64,000 bases of DNA from a virus: the IMG/VR virus record IMGVR_UViG_3300010397_000045, positions 1-64,000 of that record; one strand, given 5' to 3'. The position numbers and the translations under genes were made by a program. How positions within the stretch are numbered: the stretch's first letter is position 1; the number at the start of each line of letters is the position of its first letter. Shown in pieces: positions 9,691 through 18,805 of the stretch. The notes under the pieces are model-generated. The model had not been told where the DNA came from. It saw only the letters and a list, made by a program, of their open reading frames with translations, and made no database searches.

Positions 9691-10574
9691 GCCGCCCTTC
9701 CCCGCGCCGCCTTGCGCTCCTTCTTGAGGTCCTTGACCGAGGCACGCCGGGCGCCGGTCACGGGGCGCTTAGGCGCCGGCTTCTCACCCGGTGCCATGAT
9801 GGTCGGCGGCGCAAGTAGCATTTTGCCTTCTTTCACCTCGCGCATCTTGCGGCCCAGCAGGGTTGATTCCAACCAACCCTCGGACCCGACCTTGACCCCC
9901 TTGGTCGGCGTCAGCCACTCGGGCCGCACGCGGGTGATGAGCCCGCCGAACTTGGGCGTCGCGTACTGGGCGCCCTCGCCCTTGCGGGATGCCTCGGTGT
10001 GCAACTCCGTGCAGACGAGGTAGATGGGTGCGCCGTGGACGCCCGCCACCGCCTTGACGTATAGCGAGAAGGGTCTCAAACCGGCCGGTGAGAACTCGAA
10101 GGAGCCCAACTGCGGATCATCGGATTTGTCATCGGCTAACAGCAACGCAGCGCGGCGGCGGCCCTGACAGGCCCGCGACCAGGCCGACGCGTTGGGGTTG
10201 GTCGAGGTGCCGGGGCGGTTCTGCGGACACGTGGCGCAGGGTCCATCGTGCTGCTTTTTGGGCGCCGTCTCGTGCGGTGCCAGCTCCGTGTCCCGCTCGG
10301 CAAGCGCGAAACACACGGGGGATGACTTGTCATCTGGATCGTATGCGTCCTCGTAATACGCCTGTGTGAATGACGTCGCCAGGATGACGACGCGCAGGGG
10401 TTTTGGTAACTTCTCATCGTTCAACATGAACTCACCGGCCTTCAGGCGAATGATGTTCTGCGTGCCATAGACCGGCTCCGCGGCGACGAGCGCCTTGGCG
10501 GACTCCGCCATGGCGGGGAGCATCTGGCGCTCCAGCTCATCGACGCTGATGGGTAAAGTATTCTTCTTAGCCAT
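9687..10574 (-). CDS. Conserved replication-module protein, possible ssDNA-binding/annealing protein
   Basis: AYYEDAYDPD...PVCFA...CATCPQN...RAC...RR pattern recalled from phage polA-linked modules. Confidence 0.55.
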   Translation of the reverse strand: MAKKNTLPISVDELERQMLPAMAESAKALVAAEPVYGTQNIIRLKAGEFMLNDEKLPKPLRVVILATSFTQAYYEDAYDPDDKSSPVCFALAERDTELAPHETAPKKQHDGPCATCPQNRPGTSTNPNASAWSRACQGRRRAALLLADDKSDDPQLGSFEFSPAGLRPFSLYVKAVAGVHGAPIYLVCTELHTEASRKGEGAQYATPKFGGLITRVRPEWLTPTKGVKVGSEGWLESTLLGRKMREVKEGKMLLAPPTIMAPGEKPAPKRPVTGARRASVKDLKKERKAARGRAA

Positions 10575-10820
10575 GTTAACTCCTAGTTGGTTTCCAGGTC
10601 ATTACCTGGACATGCTCATCATTGAAAGTTGGATCTATCGCACTCTCTGAATCTTCCCCACAAGCCTCCATGAGCTCACGCAGCTCTTGACACTGTTTTA
10701 GATATGCAGTCATGCTTTCGTCTGTGCGCCGCTGCGCCTCCACTACCTCACGCCGTGTAACACGCAAGCCAGTGCGGTGTAGCCCCAAATGATCGCGCAA
10801 CACCCGTTTTACGTAGTCGC

Positions 10821-11324
10821 TCATTTGAGCCCCATCGCCCGCAGTTGCTCTCTCACAGATTCGCTGATAGCATCGATCTCCTCGCGCTTCCAGCAATCCT
10901 TGTCGGCACACGGTGGGCCGTCGTGATCGTCGTCGCATTTGACGGCAGGTTTATCCCAGTCGGCTACATGAGCTTGGATGCTGCGCTCCACGTTCGGCCG
11001 CAAGATCTCCATCAACATGGAGCCGGCAGGCATCCCATTCATTTGCCTGGTAAAATCCGTGAGCATCTTCTCAGGATCGCGCGTCTCGGCGTAGTGGCTC
11101 AACACGACAAGGGCCAACAACTCGTTCTGCTGGAGCTGTAATACGTGGGGTGTGAGCGCCTGACAGACCCAGTACATGACAGATGTCATGTTCTTCTCGA
11201 ACATGTCCTCACGCCCGCGTTTGCGTGCCTCGACCAGTATTCCAAGCAACACCATAACGCGTCCCATCAACGGGCCATCAGCCCTGTCAACCTTGCCCGC
11301 GAACATTTCCTCTAATGTACTCAT
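10821..11324 (-). CDS. Hypothetical protein
   Basis: 167-aa ORF with a GAGG RBS, immediately downstream of the ncRNA. Confidence 0.6.
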   Translation of the reverse strand: MSTLEEMFAGKVDRADGPLMGRVMVLLGILVEARKRGREDMFEKNMTSVMYWVCQALTPHVLQLQQNELLALVVLSHYAETRDPEKMLTDFTRQMNGMPAGSMLMEILRPNVERSIQAHVADWDKPAVKCDDDHDGPPCADKDCWKREEIDAISESVREQLRAMGLK

Positions 11325-11445
11325 GACTGCAGACCTCTCGTGTTGTATTTAAAGAAGGAGCCCGCCCAACGCAGGAAGCCAGCGCTAAATCCGTGGCACA
11401 GAATTCCAACAGCTTATCTGGGTTTCCCCCGTTTTTAACAGGGAC

Positions 11446-11535
11446 AACCTTGCTCACTTTCACCTTGCAGCCTTGCGTCAATTGAACCTTGCGCACTTTC
11501 ACCTTTGAGCCTTGAGCCTCTTAAGTTGGACTTGC
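11446..11535 (-). repeat. Periodic (C)AAG(G) repeat tract including two copies of AAGGTGAAAGTGMGCAAGGTT
   Basis: About 10 AAG units, mostly 6-9 nt apart, directly 3' of the tRNA-like CCA. Confidence 0.8.
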
Positions 11536-11537
11536 CA

Positions 11538-11624
11538 TGGTTGCTTGTGGAGGATTCGAACCTCCGAGCCTTGTTAAGGCAACACCCTTTCGGGCGCCGT
11601 GTCTACCAACTTCACCAACAAGCG
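11538..11624 (-). tRNA. tRNA-Leu-shaped element lacking an anticodon loop (GAAA tetraloop)
   Basis: CGCUUGU-UG-GUGAAGUUGGUAGACAC-G-GCGCCC[GAAA]GGGUGU-U-GCCUU[AAC]AAGGC-UC-GGAGG[UUCGAAU]CCUCC-ACAAGCA-A-CCA: intact D, variable and T arms and encoded CCA. Confidence 0.85.
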
Positions 11625-11701
11625 TTTGACGACCGCATAACGCCGCGGTCAGCGTTCTGTCTACTTGGATTCTACTCTGCGTGTCGGGCATCGTAAAAAC
11701 T

Positions 11702-12250
11702 CTACTTCAACGTAATCGGCTGGTCTAGCCGACCCTCCAACAAATCCGTCGTCGCATTCACGATCTCCAAGTGCCCATCTATGATCGATGGCTCGCGGCG
11801 ATACAGGTCCAACCGGCGGTCGCGCTCCTCCGGGTCCCAGTGCCGTACGATCTTCACCATCAGCGGATCGGCCCCAGGCGCCAGCTGCACCTGGCCCTCG
11901 CGCCGGTTACCATCACCGATGTCGCCCCACAGCCTCAACGCTAGCGGGGCCAGGTCCTTGCGGCGGTGAATCCACCCGGCAATCGTGTGAGTCACCTGCT
12001 TGCCATCCAGCTCTATCGTGACGTTGGTCAACAAGTTGGTTCGCTGAATCGCCAGGCGCAGATGCAGGATGCGCTTCAGCGTATCCTCATGGCTTTGAGT
12101 CCACTCCCGGATTTTCTGCTTCATGTCTTCGTACTTCGGCGTGTCGGTTGACAGGTTGGCGCAGTTGGCGGCAACCTTGGTCCGCAGGTCCGCCGCCTTT
12201 TCGGCCAGGTCCCGCAACTCTCTCATCGCCTGTATGATCTTCACCTTCAT
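11702..12250 (-). CDS. DIP1984/DUF6847-like coiled-coil protein
   Basis: KIIQAMRELRDL...LRLAIQRTNLLT...TIAGWIHRRKDL...IVNATTDL resembles the family pattern (MKL.EAL..R.DL / I..TN..T / T...AI..RD / N..T.L); GAGGAG RBS. Confidence 0.7.
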   Translation of the reverse strand: MKVKIIQAMRELRDLAEKAADLRTKVAANCANLSTDTPKYEDMKQKIREWTQSHEDTLKRILHLRLAIQRTNLLTNVTIELDGKQVTHTIAGWIHRRKDLAPLALRLWGDIGDGNRREGQVQLAPGADPLMVKIVRHWDPEERDRRLDLYRREPSIIDGHLEIVNATTDLLEGRLDQPITLK

Positions 12251-12371
12251 TCTCCTCGGGTTCGAATTGCCGCGGGTTAACCGCGCTTATCAGTATCACC
12301 GCAAACACCAGGATGAGCATCGCCAGTCCAATCACTGGCAGGATGTCAGCCAGTTGTTTCATACCGTGGCG

Positions 12372-12454
12372 GGGTGCGGCCCGGACGGGCTGGACGGAAG
12401 TGGGTCTGCGTAAACTCCCGGTCCGGCTGGCCGAGTACGCTCGGGGCCGCACCC
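12372..12454 (-). other. Intergenic multi-stem structured element
   Basis: 11-bp perfect closing stem GGGTGCGGCCC/GGGCCGCACCC enclosing CGAG-cgta-CTCG and CGGGAGT/ACTTCCG stems. Confidence 0.5.
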
Positions 12455-12465
12455 TACCTTTGAAA

Positions 12466-12687
12466 TCATGTTGGTATCTCCACCAGATATGCCACACCTG
12501 CGAATGGGTCAGACGTACCGACAGGTACCACGGACCACGTACGGCAATACATAGTACCTCGGATGAGCGACCGCCTCGCACCGTATAACTCGACGAGTCT
12601 GTGACCGGGGTACTTCGTCTGGCACACCTGGTCTGGAGGGTTGTCGTACAGTATCGCGTCCGGGTGGCACAACTCGAGCGTTCTCAT
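12466..12687 (-). CDS. Hypothetical protein
   Basis: 73-aa ORF with ATGA overlap to the Rieske gene. Confidence 0.5.
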   Translation of the reverse strand: MRTLELCHPDAILYDNPPDQVCQTKYPGHRLVELYGARRSLIRGTMYCRTWSVVPVGTSDPFAGVAYLVEIPT

Positions 12688-13298
12688 AACAGCCGCGTTC
12701 TATCGCCAGCAGCAACACGATCATCGCGATCGCTGCGAGTCTGTACATCCACATCGAGAACCCTCCCGGTTGCCTTGTCGAACCTCAATCCATGTGCAGG
12801 GCAGACCAACACGCCGCCAACTTCTTCGTACATCGCCTCCACGGGCGTACCCTTGTGTGGGCAGCGCCCGTTCATAATCGCCTGGCCACAATACCGATCG
12901 CGCAAGCGCACCTGCCACGGCACGATCGCAGGTCTGAGACAGACCATTAGCCGCGGGATGAGCGTGAGATATGGCAGGATATCGGCATCCATGCAGATGC
13001 TCGAGGTCTCGAGCCTGTTCGGACTGCCCAACCGGCGCAACTCACTGCGGTATAAGTCCTCCGGCACGAACTGCCAGTTGATGTGCGCGTGATGGCCTTT
13101 GAAGGCACCCGATGACGTGTTGAAGCTGTTGGGTATGAAACCCTCATCCACCTGGAACTCGTGCAACAACGGCAGCCAACCGTTAAAACCCTGGTAGTCC
13201 CTTAGGATATACGAGCCGCCCGACGGCGTCTGCTTGTCGAGCACCACGTTGAGCTGTAGGCACAACACGTTGTACTGCTTCCCCACTTCGTAACTCAT
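12684..13298 (-). CDS. Protein with C-terminal Rieske [2Fe-2S]-type domain
   Basis: RCPHKG...LVCPAHGLRFDKATG (CxH...CxxH); AAGGAG RBS. Confidence 0.75.
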   Translation of the reverse strand: MSYEVGKQYNVLCLQLNVVLDKQTPSGGSYILRDYQGFNGWLPLLHEFQVDEGFIPNSFNTSSGAFKGHHAHINWQFVPEDLYRSELRRLGSPNRLETSSICMDADILPYLTLIPRLMVCLRPAIVPWQVRLRDRYCGQAIMNGRCPHKGTPVEAMYEEVGGVLVCPAHGLRFDKATGRVLDVDVQTRSDRDDRVAAGDRTRLL

Positions 13299-13368
13299 CG
13301 CCGCTCCTTACACCACCCACATGTGCAAGCGGGCCGTTTGAGTTGCCACCATAATTTGTCGGCGTTTT

Positions 13369-13773
13369 TCATCGCCGCTTCACCGCTAACAGCGCCAGGC
13401 TCACCTTGGCGAAGACTTCGGTGCCCGGCACGATGATCTTGGATTCCAGGCGCTCACGCCAGGCGTTGAGACCCACGCGCTTCTGCAACAGCTCGAAGGC
13501 TTTGCCTTTCACCATGTAGGCATAGAACTTGTCCCAGTCCGTGACGTTGGGAAAGGCATCCTTAATGGGGTGGTTGTGCACCTCGACCCTGGCAAGCTTG
13601 CCGCTGGCGCCCTCCAGCTTCTGCGCGCCGAACTGCTCGAGTAGGTATTGCTCCAGGCGTGAGTACTCGGCCTTGCACACCTTGGCGGCTGCGGTGTATT
13701 CGGAAGCCTCATCGTCGAGCTTCTTCATGGCGTCGATGATGCCGCCGAGCGTTTTCGGAATTGCCATTCCCAT
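13369..13773 (-). CDS. Conserved phage protein of the replication module
   Basis: N-terminal coiled coil plus PNVTDWDKFYAY...FELLQKRV...VPG motif. Confidence 0.7.
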   Translation of the reverse strand: MGMAIPKTLGGIIDAMKKLDDEASEYTAAAKVCKAEYSRLEQYLLEQFGAQKLEGASGKLARVEVHNHPIKDAFPNVTDWDKFYAYMVKGKAFELLQKRVGLNAWRERLESKIIVPGTEVFAKVSLALLAVKRR

Positions 13774-13825
13774 TTTGCCAGCTCCCAGATTAAACGAAAA
13801 TTTTGTTTGCCTTAGCCTGGCGAGC

Positions 13826-13855
13826 CTTATACGCCTAAAAGATCTGTGATGTAAA
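13826..13855 (-). promoter_or_regulatory. Sigma70-like promoter
   Basis: TTTACA-18 bp-TATAAG with an A-rich upstream tract in an AT-rich gap; upstream of the Rieske/DUF6847/ncRNA genes. Confidence 0.6.
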
Positions 13856-13858
13856 GGT

Positions 13859-14227
13859 TTATTTTTGTGTAGTTAGTGAACGCAGCTTTGTTGGAATGAA
13901 GCTATGCTTCCTCGCGATATCCAACAAGCGGTGATACTTCTCGCTGATCGTTCTGATAAACCTGTTGTACTCAACATGTTGGGCTATGACCGTGCAGCGG
14001 TTCAGATCGGCCATAAGCCTATAATTCTCGCACCTTTCGAGCGCCTCGTCGCGCTCACGGTAAGCCTGTTCGAGCAGGACCTTGAGCCCGCCGCAGTTCT
14101 CGCGCAGCTCGAGGAGCCTCCATTTATCGCCCGCCGGGTCGGCGTCCTGCTCGAGGTCCCGCACATAATCCTTCAGCGGCTGTGGCAGTGCATTTATCTG
14201 CTCAGCGAGCGGCTTCCAGGTGATCAT
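13859..14227 (-). CDS. Hypothetical protein
   Basis: INALPQPLKDYVRDLEQDADPAGD motif; ATGA overlap. Confidence 0.6.
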   Translation of the reverse strand: MITWKPLAEQINALPQPLKDYVRDLEQDADPAGDKWRLLELRENCGGLKVLLEQAYRERDEALERCENYRLMADLNRCTVIAQHVEYNRFIRTISEKYHRLLDIARKHSFIPTKLRSLTTQK

Positions 14228-14616
14228 TTTCCGAACTCTACCTTATTGGCTGCAGCCGACAGCAACCGCGCTTTCATCGCTACGGGTCCATGCTCCTTGC
14301 GCGCAGTCTCTACCTCGATATACTTGGCCAGCCAGTGCTGGGCCTTCTTGAGGTCCTCGAGTCCGTTTTTCGTCTTCCACCGCATCACGTAGTAGAGCAC
14401 CTCGGATTGGAAGACATCGAGGTCGTTCAGGATGCTGACGTCCCACGGCTCGATGCCCATCTTTTTGTAATGATCGCCGCCATGTTGGATGGCGTTGGCG
14501 TCCGCAAGGGTGCGCGGCTGGCCGACGGGCACCCTTTCCGCCGAGCAACCTGGCTTGTGGACGATCAATTGACCGTCGTCGATCGCCCACGCGCCGCAAT
14601 CTGTGCAGGTGTTCAT
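14224..14616 (-). CDS. DUF3310 (SaV-like) protein
   Basis: QHGGDHYKKMGIEPWD...YVMRWKTKNGLEDLKKAQHWL; start chosen at the ATG with a GAGGAG RBS. Confidence 0.85.
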   Translation of the reverse strand: MNTCTDCGAWAIDDGQLIVHKPGCSAERVPVGQPRTLADANAIQHGGDHYKKMGIEPWDVSILNDLDVFQSEVLYYVMRWKTKNGLEDLKKAQHWLAKYIEVETARKEHGPVAMKARLLSAAANKVEFGK

Positions 14617-14707
14617 GGAATCTCCTCGTACGTATATGGAATCTGGCCTGGCGTAGCAGTAGCCACCCAGGATCTCGACCCGTACCAACTCCGGGTCCGG
14701 GTCGTCG

Positions 14708-16798
14708 CTATCCCGCAGCAGGTTCACGAAACTTGTGCTCAGTGTGCCCATCGCTGCCCAACACGCAGCGTCTGAAGTCGTCGTCTATGAAGTCGCACCG
14801 CAGATGCTGTGGTGGGTCGCATTTACAACGCCCTTGGAAATGCTCGCAACCTTCCTGGAGCTTCTGTGGATGCTGGGTCGCGTAGAGCTTGGCGTCCCAT
14901 GCTTCCTGCCGGACCTGCCGTGGGTAGCTGCCGTGCGAGAGGGCGAAGAGTGGGTGCAGCTCTTTCTGCTCCCGGCGCCACAACAGCTCACGGGCCATGA
15001 TGAGAGTATCACCGAGCACGTCGGGGTATGTGCTTAGTGTGGATGGATCGTCCACATACCCGCGCAGGCGTTGCGTTGGGACGAACTCGACCGGCTTTTC
15101 GTCTGACATGTTTCACCCCTCCCTTATGAGAAGTCCGGCCTCGAGCCGCCTTACCCTTATCCGCAGCTCGGCGATCATCCGGGCCATCATCGCCTCGCGT
15201 GCTCCGGATGTTGATGATCTCCCGTACCGGGAGTAAAGCTCCAGGTCCATCGTTCTCACCTCTGCCTCGATCTCGTCGGCGCTTACTTCTCCTCCAACCG
15301 TATTCATCGTGATACTCCTTGGGCCCACCTATGGGACACCCGCAGGCGAGCCCGCGTTGGTTACGGTGCGGCTTTGCCGTCCAGTACTTCGGGCAACACA
15401 CCCAGCCGTTCAGCGGCATGATCTTAATAGCCATACACGCTCACCCGTTCTCCGATGACGCGCCGTGAACCGTGCAGGCCGAATCCCTCACGAGCTTTCC
15501 ATCTTCGCTGTAGTAACAGCCCCAACTGCACTGACCTGTCGGACGCCTAATGCGATCATCGGCGGCTTTGGGTTCCACCAAGTAGGCATCGCCGTTGCTG
15601 TTGTAGGCGACTTTCGGTTGCTCGCTGGCTTTCTGAGCGTTCTGTCTGTTGGCGAATGCATCAGATAGGGCGTTCCAGAAGCGCTCGCCCTTGCCTTCGA
15701 TGACATGGACGCTATGCCACCCGGGCTCTTTCGGTTCCAAGCAAGCGAGGACCTCGGCAAGTGCAGATTCGGCAGCGGCCAATCTGGTCTGTACGTTCAC
15801 GGGGATGGCTACGAACTGACTGGTGCAGTTTGGGCAGATCACCATGTCGTTGTTCGGCTCGCGTGGACCTAGGTTCGTCTCGGGAGCGGGCGATAAGTTC
15901 ATGAGTAGGTCGTACGCGGCGAGCAGATCATCAACGAGCGGATTTGCTGAAGGTATGGAAGCCGCGCGAAGGCGAAGCCGTTCCGCCAAGTCCTTCGCAT
16001 TTGAGGGAAGTTGCTCATTCATAAATCCACCGTCCCCAATGCCAGCGAGGCCCATATATTTCGCGCATCGTTAACGACAATTTCCATGATCGATGTCGCG
16101 GGACACTTACTACGTGAACATTCCGTACCGTCCCGTTGATCGGCTTGCCTCGCACGTTGATCAGCTTGCCTCGCACGCTGATAGCGCGCGCTTCCGATGT
16201 CCGAGCGACTGTCATAGGCGCCACCTCGATTTGAACCATAGAACAGTTACCACGGCGAAAATTCCCATGCTGATCCAACCGACAATTAGACCTTGATGAT
16301 ATGGAGTCATGACGACCACGAATGCTCGACTACCCGAGGTGCCCCGCTTGCGAACTTCATTTCTGCAACGACTTTCTCAGCATCGGCGCGAGTCGGGAAT
16401 TGCTCGGCATGGTTGGGATTGCTACACCAATCACCGGGACCGCAATAATACATGGGGGCGAACCGGGCTTCGATCAGCCACCAAGACCCATTTTCAGGTT
16501 GTGTAAATCTACCCATAGTTGTTGTTCTCCTGGCAGCATTCAAAATGTGTTTCAGACGTCATGAGTTCAACCTCACATTACGTGTTGGCCCGTCATAGTG
16601 AGCCCGGCGCACGGCCCTCAGCATCCGGCGCGCCTCGGAGCCCTCCATGTTGGTGAAGGTGGTTATGCGGCTGCCACCATGGGGCGCCGCTGCCATCACG
16701 AATGCGATGCCGTCCGCGAAGGTGTTGGAGGCGAGCTTTTCGACCGCGGTCGCGAACTCAACCCACTTCTTCTCATCTACCAGCAGTTCATTACCCAT
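14708..16798 (-). other. Cluster of small early hypothetical genes (14708-15109, 15113-15328, 15441-16022, 16307-16543, 16559-16798)
   Basis: Co-oriented short ORFs with no recognisable motifs. Confidence 0.5.
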
Positions 16799-16801
16799 TA
16801 T

Positions 16802-18805
16802 CTACTCCAGTGTGTTAGTTACAGTTGAGTCCATATGCGCGCTGCGCTCGGCATGGGATGCGCGCTCCCACTTATCGACATTGCGCATGGCGAACAGGAC
16901 GTCGATGACACCCCTCTTGCAGCGTGTTTTGGACAACTGTTTTATGTTGGGGTTACGCCGCAATGCGCGCGCCACTGCCACCAATGAAAACTCGCTTCTA
17001 GGGTTGTGCACCTGTAATAACGAGGTCAACTCTTTTACTGTCCACAGGTCGCGCTTCGACCCCATCACATAACCATCGAAGCCACCAACTAACTCACGCA
17101 CGGCGTAATCGATGAAAGAACCCGAGATGCCGATCATCCACGCTTTGGCGTCGGTCATGGGCGCAGCCCCGCGTGGGTCAAAGCCGTTCGTGTTGATATG
17201 TAACAGGTAGTCGAAGATCGCCGCGGCATTGGTTTTGTTCTTGAACCACGGATCGTAGTTCTGCGTATACCAGGCTTCAGGGTGTATCTGGTCCGATATC
17301 TCCCATACGAACCAGCGGCGGTCCTTGGCGTCGAGCGATAGCGCGTCGGGGTTGTTGGTAGTGAGGTAGATGTTGGCGCAGTCGCGCAGCTCGTATTCCA
17401 CCTGAAACTTCGCATTGATCGTTACATACTCCTGGGTGATGAGGTTGTTGAGGAACGCCACGTCCTCGCGCTTATCGCGCCCGGTTACCTCATCTCCCAG
17501 TATGAACTGCTTGTGCTTGGCCCACTCGTTGAACGAGTCGTGTATGTTCTGCGCTCTTATCCCCTTGAAGTTGTCCCCGTAGATGGGCCGCATCGTCTCG
17601 GCAAGGAGCGACTTGCCGACACCCTGCATGGTGGAGAACATCAACACACCGGTATAGAGCTTGACACCGGGATGTTGTAATGGGTAAGCTAGCCATTGGA
17701 GAAACCATTTGCGGTATCTACCATCTACATCAGCATGAAACACCTGGTCCAGAAGCTCCATGAAAGGGGTAACATCACCTTTTGCAGGTTTAACACCCCA
17801 ACCCTTCCATACGTTGAAAGATCCGTCTGGTGGTGTTTCGGGTTGGCCTGGTGCGTACACCAGTGATTTAGCCGTGCGTTTACCAGGCCACTTGGACCAT
17901 TCTATAAATGTGTTGACCTGCTTCTGTTTGCCGTCCATGTCATACTTAACCATCGTACGATCCCCATAAGCGATCGTGGCAAGTGTCTGGAGCTTCGAAT
18001 ACAACGTACGGCTGGGCAGGTGATACACAGCTACCTTGTCGGTTATAATACACAACTCTTTGTTCAGATTCTCCAAAGCCACCAGATCATCGAACGGAAC
18101 CGGTACCAGTTTATCAAAAGCCTCCCGGCCATTGGCGACCAGGTAGTCGTCGAGCCCGGCCTTCTCACCCGCCTTTAACGATGGCAGTCGTACGGCGAAT
18201 GGATGGCCACCATGATGACGTATTACACGTGCCAGTGCGTGCAGGGCATTATCAACATGGGGGTTGGGTACGGCATCATTGTCGAAACAGATCAGGATGC
18301 GGCGACCGTTCATGAAAGGCACCAGGCTATCAATCAACGTATGTTTCTGTCCTCGAGAGCCCCAACTCCATACACCGCCCAACCCTATACACGGCAGACG
18401 TAGAAACTTGACAGCAGCAGCAGCTTTCTTCTCTCCTTCTGTAATGATGAGGTCAACCTTGGGGTCTGCTTTGACGTCGGCCCAAGTCCATTTACCGGCA
18501 CACAGTGTTGGTGGTGGGAAATAAGCGTGCACCCCTGTGCCCTTGGGTTGGGTGTACTTCCACAATTTACCGGTGCCTTTGTCAACAACCTCATCCGTGA
18601 ATTTGTAGCGTGAAAAACAATTGACTTTACCCGTAAGGTCGAAATAGGGGATCTCGTACCCGGCAGCCTCCTGTTTTACGAGTTTCTTCATGGATGTCGG
18701 GGTCACCGGTCGTACACACATGTGCTTGGCATCCTTGGAATCCAGACCGGACCTGCTTAGATCCTTTAACATGGACTCGTAGACGGCCTGCTCGACGACG
18801 GTCAT
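16802..18805 (-). CDS. Primase-helicase (DUF3854 TOPRIM-like domain plus SF3/DUF5906 NTPase)
   Basis: ITEGEKKA, GLGGVW, ICFDND, GLDD; Walker A QGVGKS, GDE, TTN, DRRW. Confidence 0.9.
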   Translation of the reverse strand: MTVVEQAVYESMLKDLSRSGLDSKDAKHMCVRPVTPTSMKKLVKQEAAGYEIPYFDLTGKVNCFSRYKFTDEVVDKGTGKLWKYTQPKGTGVHAYFPPPTLCAGKWTWADVKADPKVDLIITEGEKKAAAAVKFLRLPCIGLGGVWSWGSRGQKHTLIDSLVPFMNGRRILICFDNDAVPNPHVDNALHALARVIRHHGGHPFAVRLPSLKAGEKAGLDDYLVANGREAFDKLVPVPFDDLVALENLNKELCIITDKVAVYHLPSRTLYSKLQTLATIAYGDRTMVKYDMDGKQKQVNTFIEWSKWPGKRTAKSLVYAPGQPETPPDGSFNVWKGWGVKPAKGDVTPFMELLDQVFHADVDGRYRKWFLQWLAYPLQHPGVKLYTGVLMFSTMQGVGKSLLAETMRPIYGDNFKGIRAQNIHDSFNEWAKHKQFILGDEVTGRDKREDVAFLNNLITQEYVTINAKFQVEYELRDCANIYLTTNNPDALSLDAKDRRWFVWEISDQIHPEAWYTQNYDPWFKNKTNAAAIFDYLLHINTNGFDPRGAAPMTDAKAWMIGISGSFIDYAVRELVGGFDGYVMGSKRDLWTVKELTSLLQVHNPRSEFSLVAVARALRRNPNIKQLSKTRCKRGVIDVLFAMRNVDKWERASHAERSAHMDSTVTNTLE

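Larger units (their letters stand above)
11360..11690 (-). ncRNA. Putative ~330-nt structured ncRNA with embedded tRNA-like domain and AAGG-repeat tract
   Basis: 5' GCCCGACACGCAG (11689-11677) pairs with 3' CUGCGUUGGGC (11374-11364); AGAAUCCAA (11673-11665) pairs with UUGGAAUUCU (11409-11400); internal hairpins; no credible ORF. Confidence 0.7.

Noticed and set aside
11287-11502. 71-aa ORF MKVRKVQLTQGCKVKVSKV
   Set aside because: The Lys/Val bias comes from the AAGG repeat tract. It overlaps the next gene and lies inside the paired RNA element.
11446-11535. CRISPR or TIGR-like guide array
   Set aside because: Units are only 6-9 nt with no constant-length unique spacers, and there is no Cas or Nop-domain gene nearby. 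The Cas4-like nuclease at 2755-3459 is the usual replication-module exonuclease.
11538-11624. Functional tRNA-Phe (GAA) or tRNA-Ser (CGA)
   Set aside because: The loop is 6 nt at most and lacks U33, and the body is Leu-type with a long variable arm, so it cannot be read as a normal decoder.
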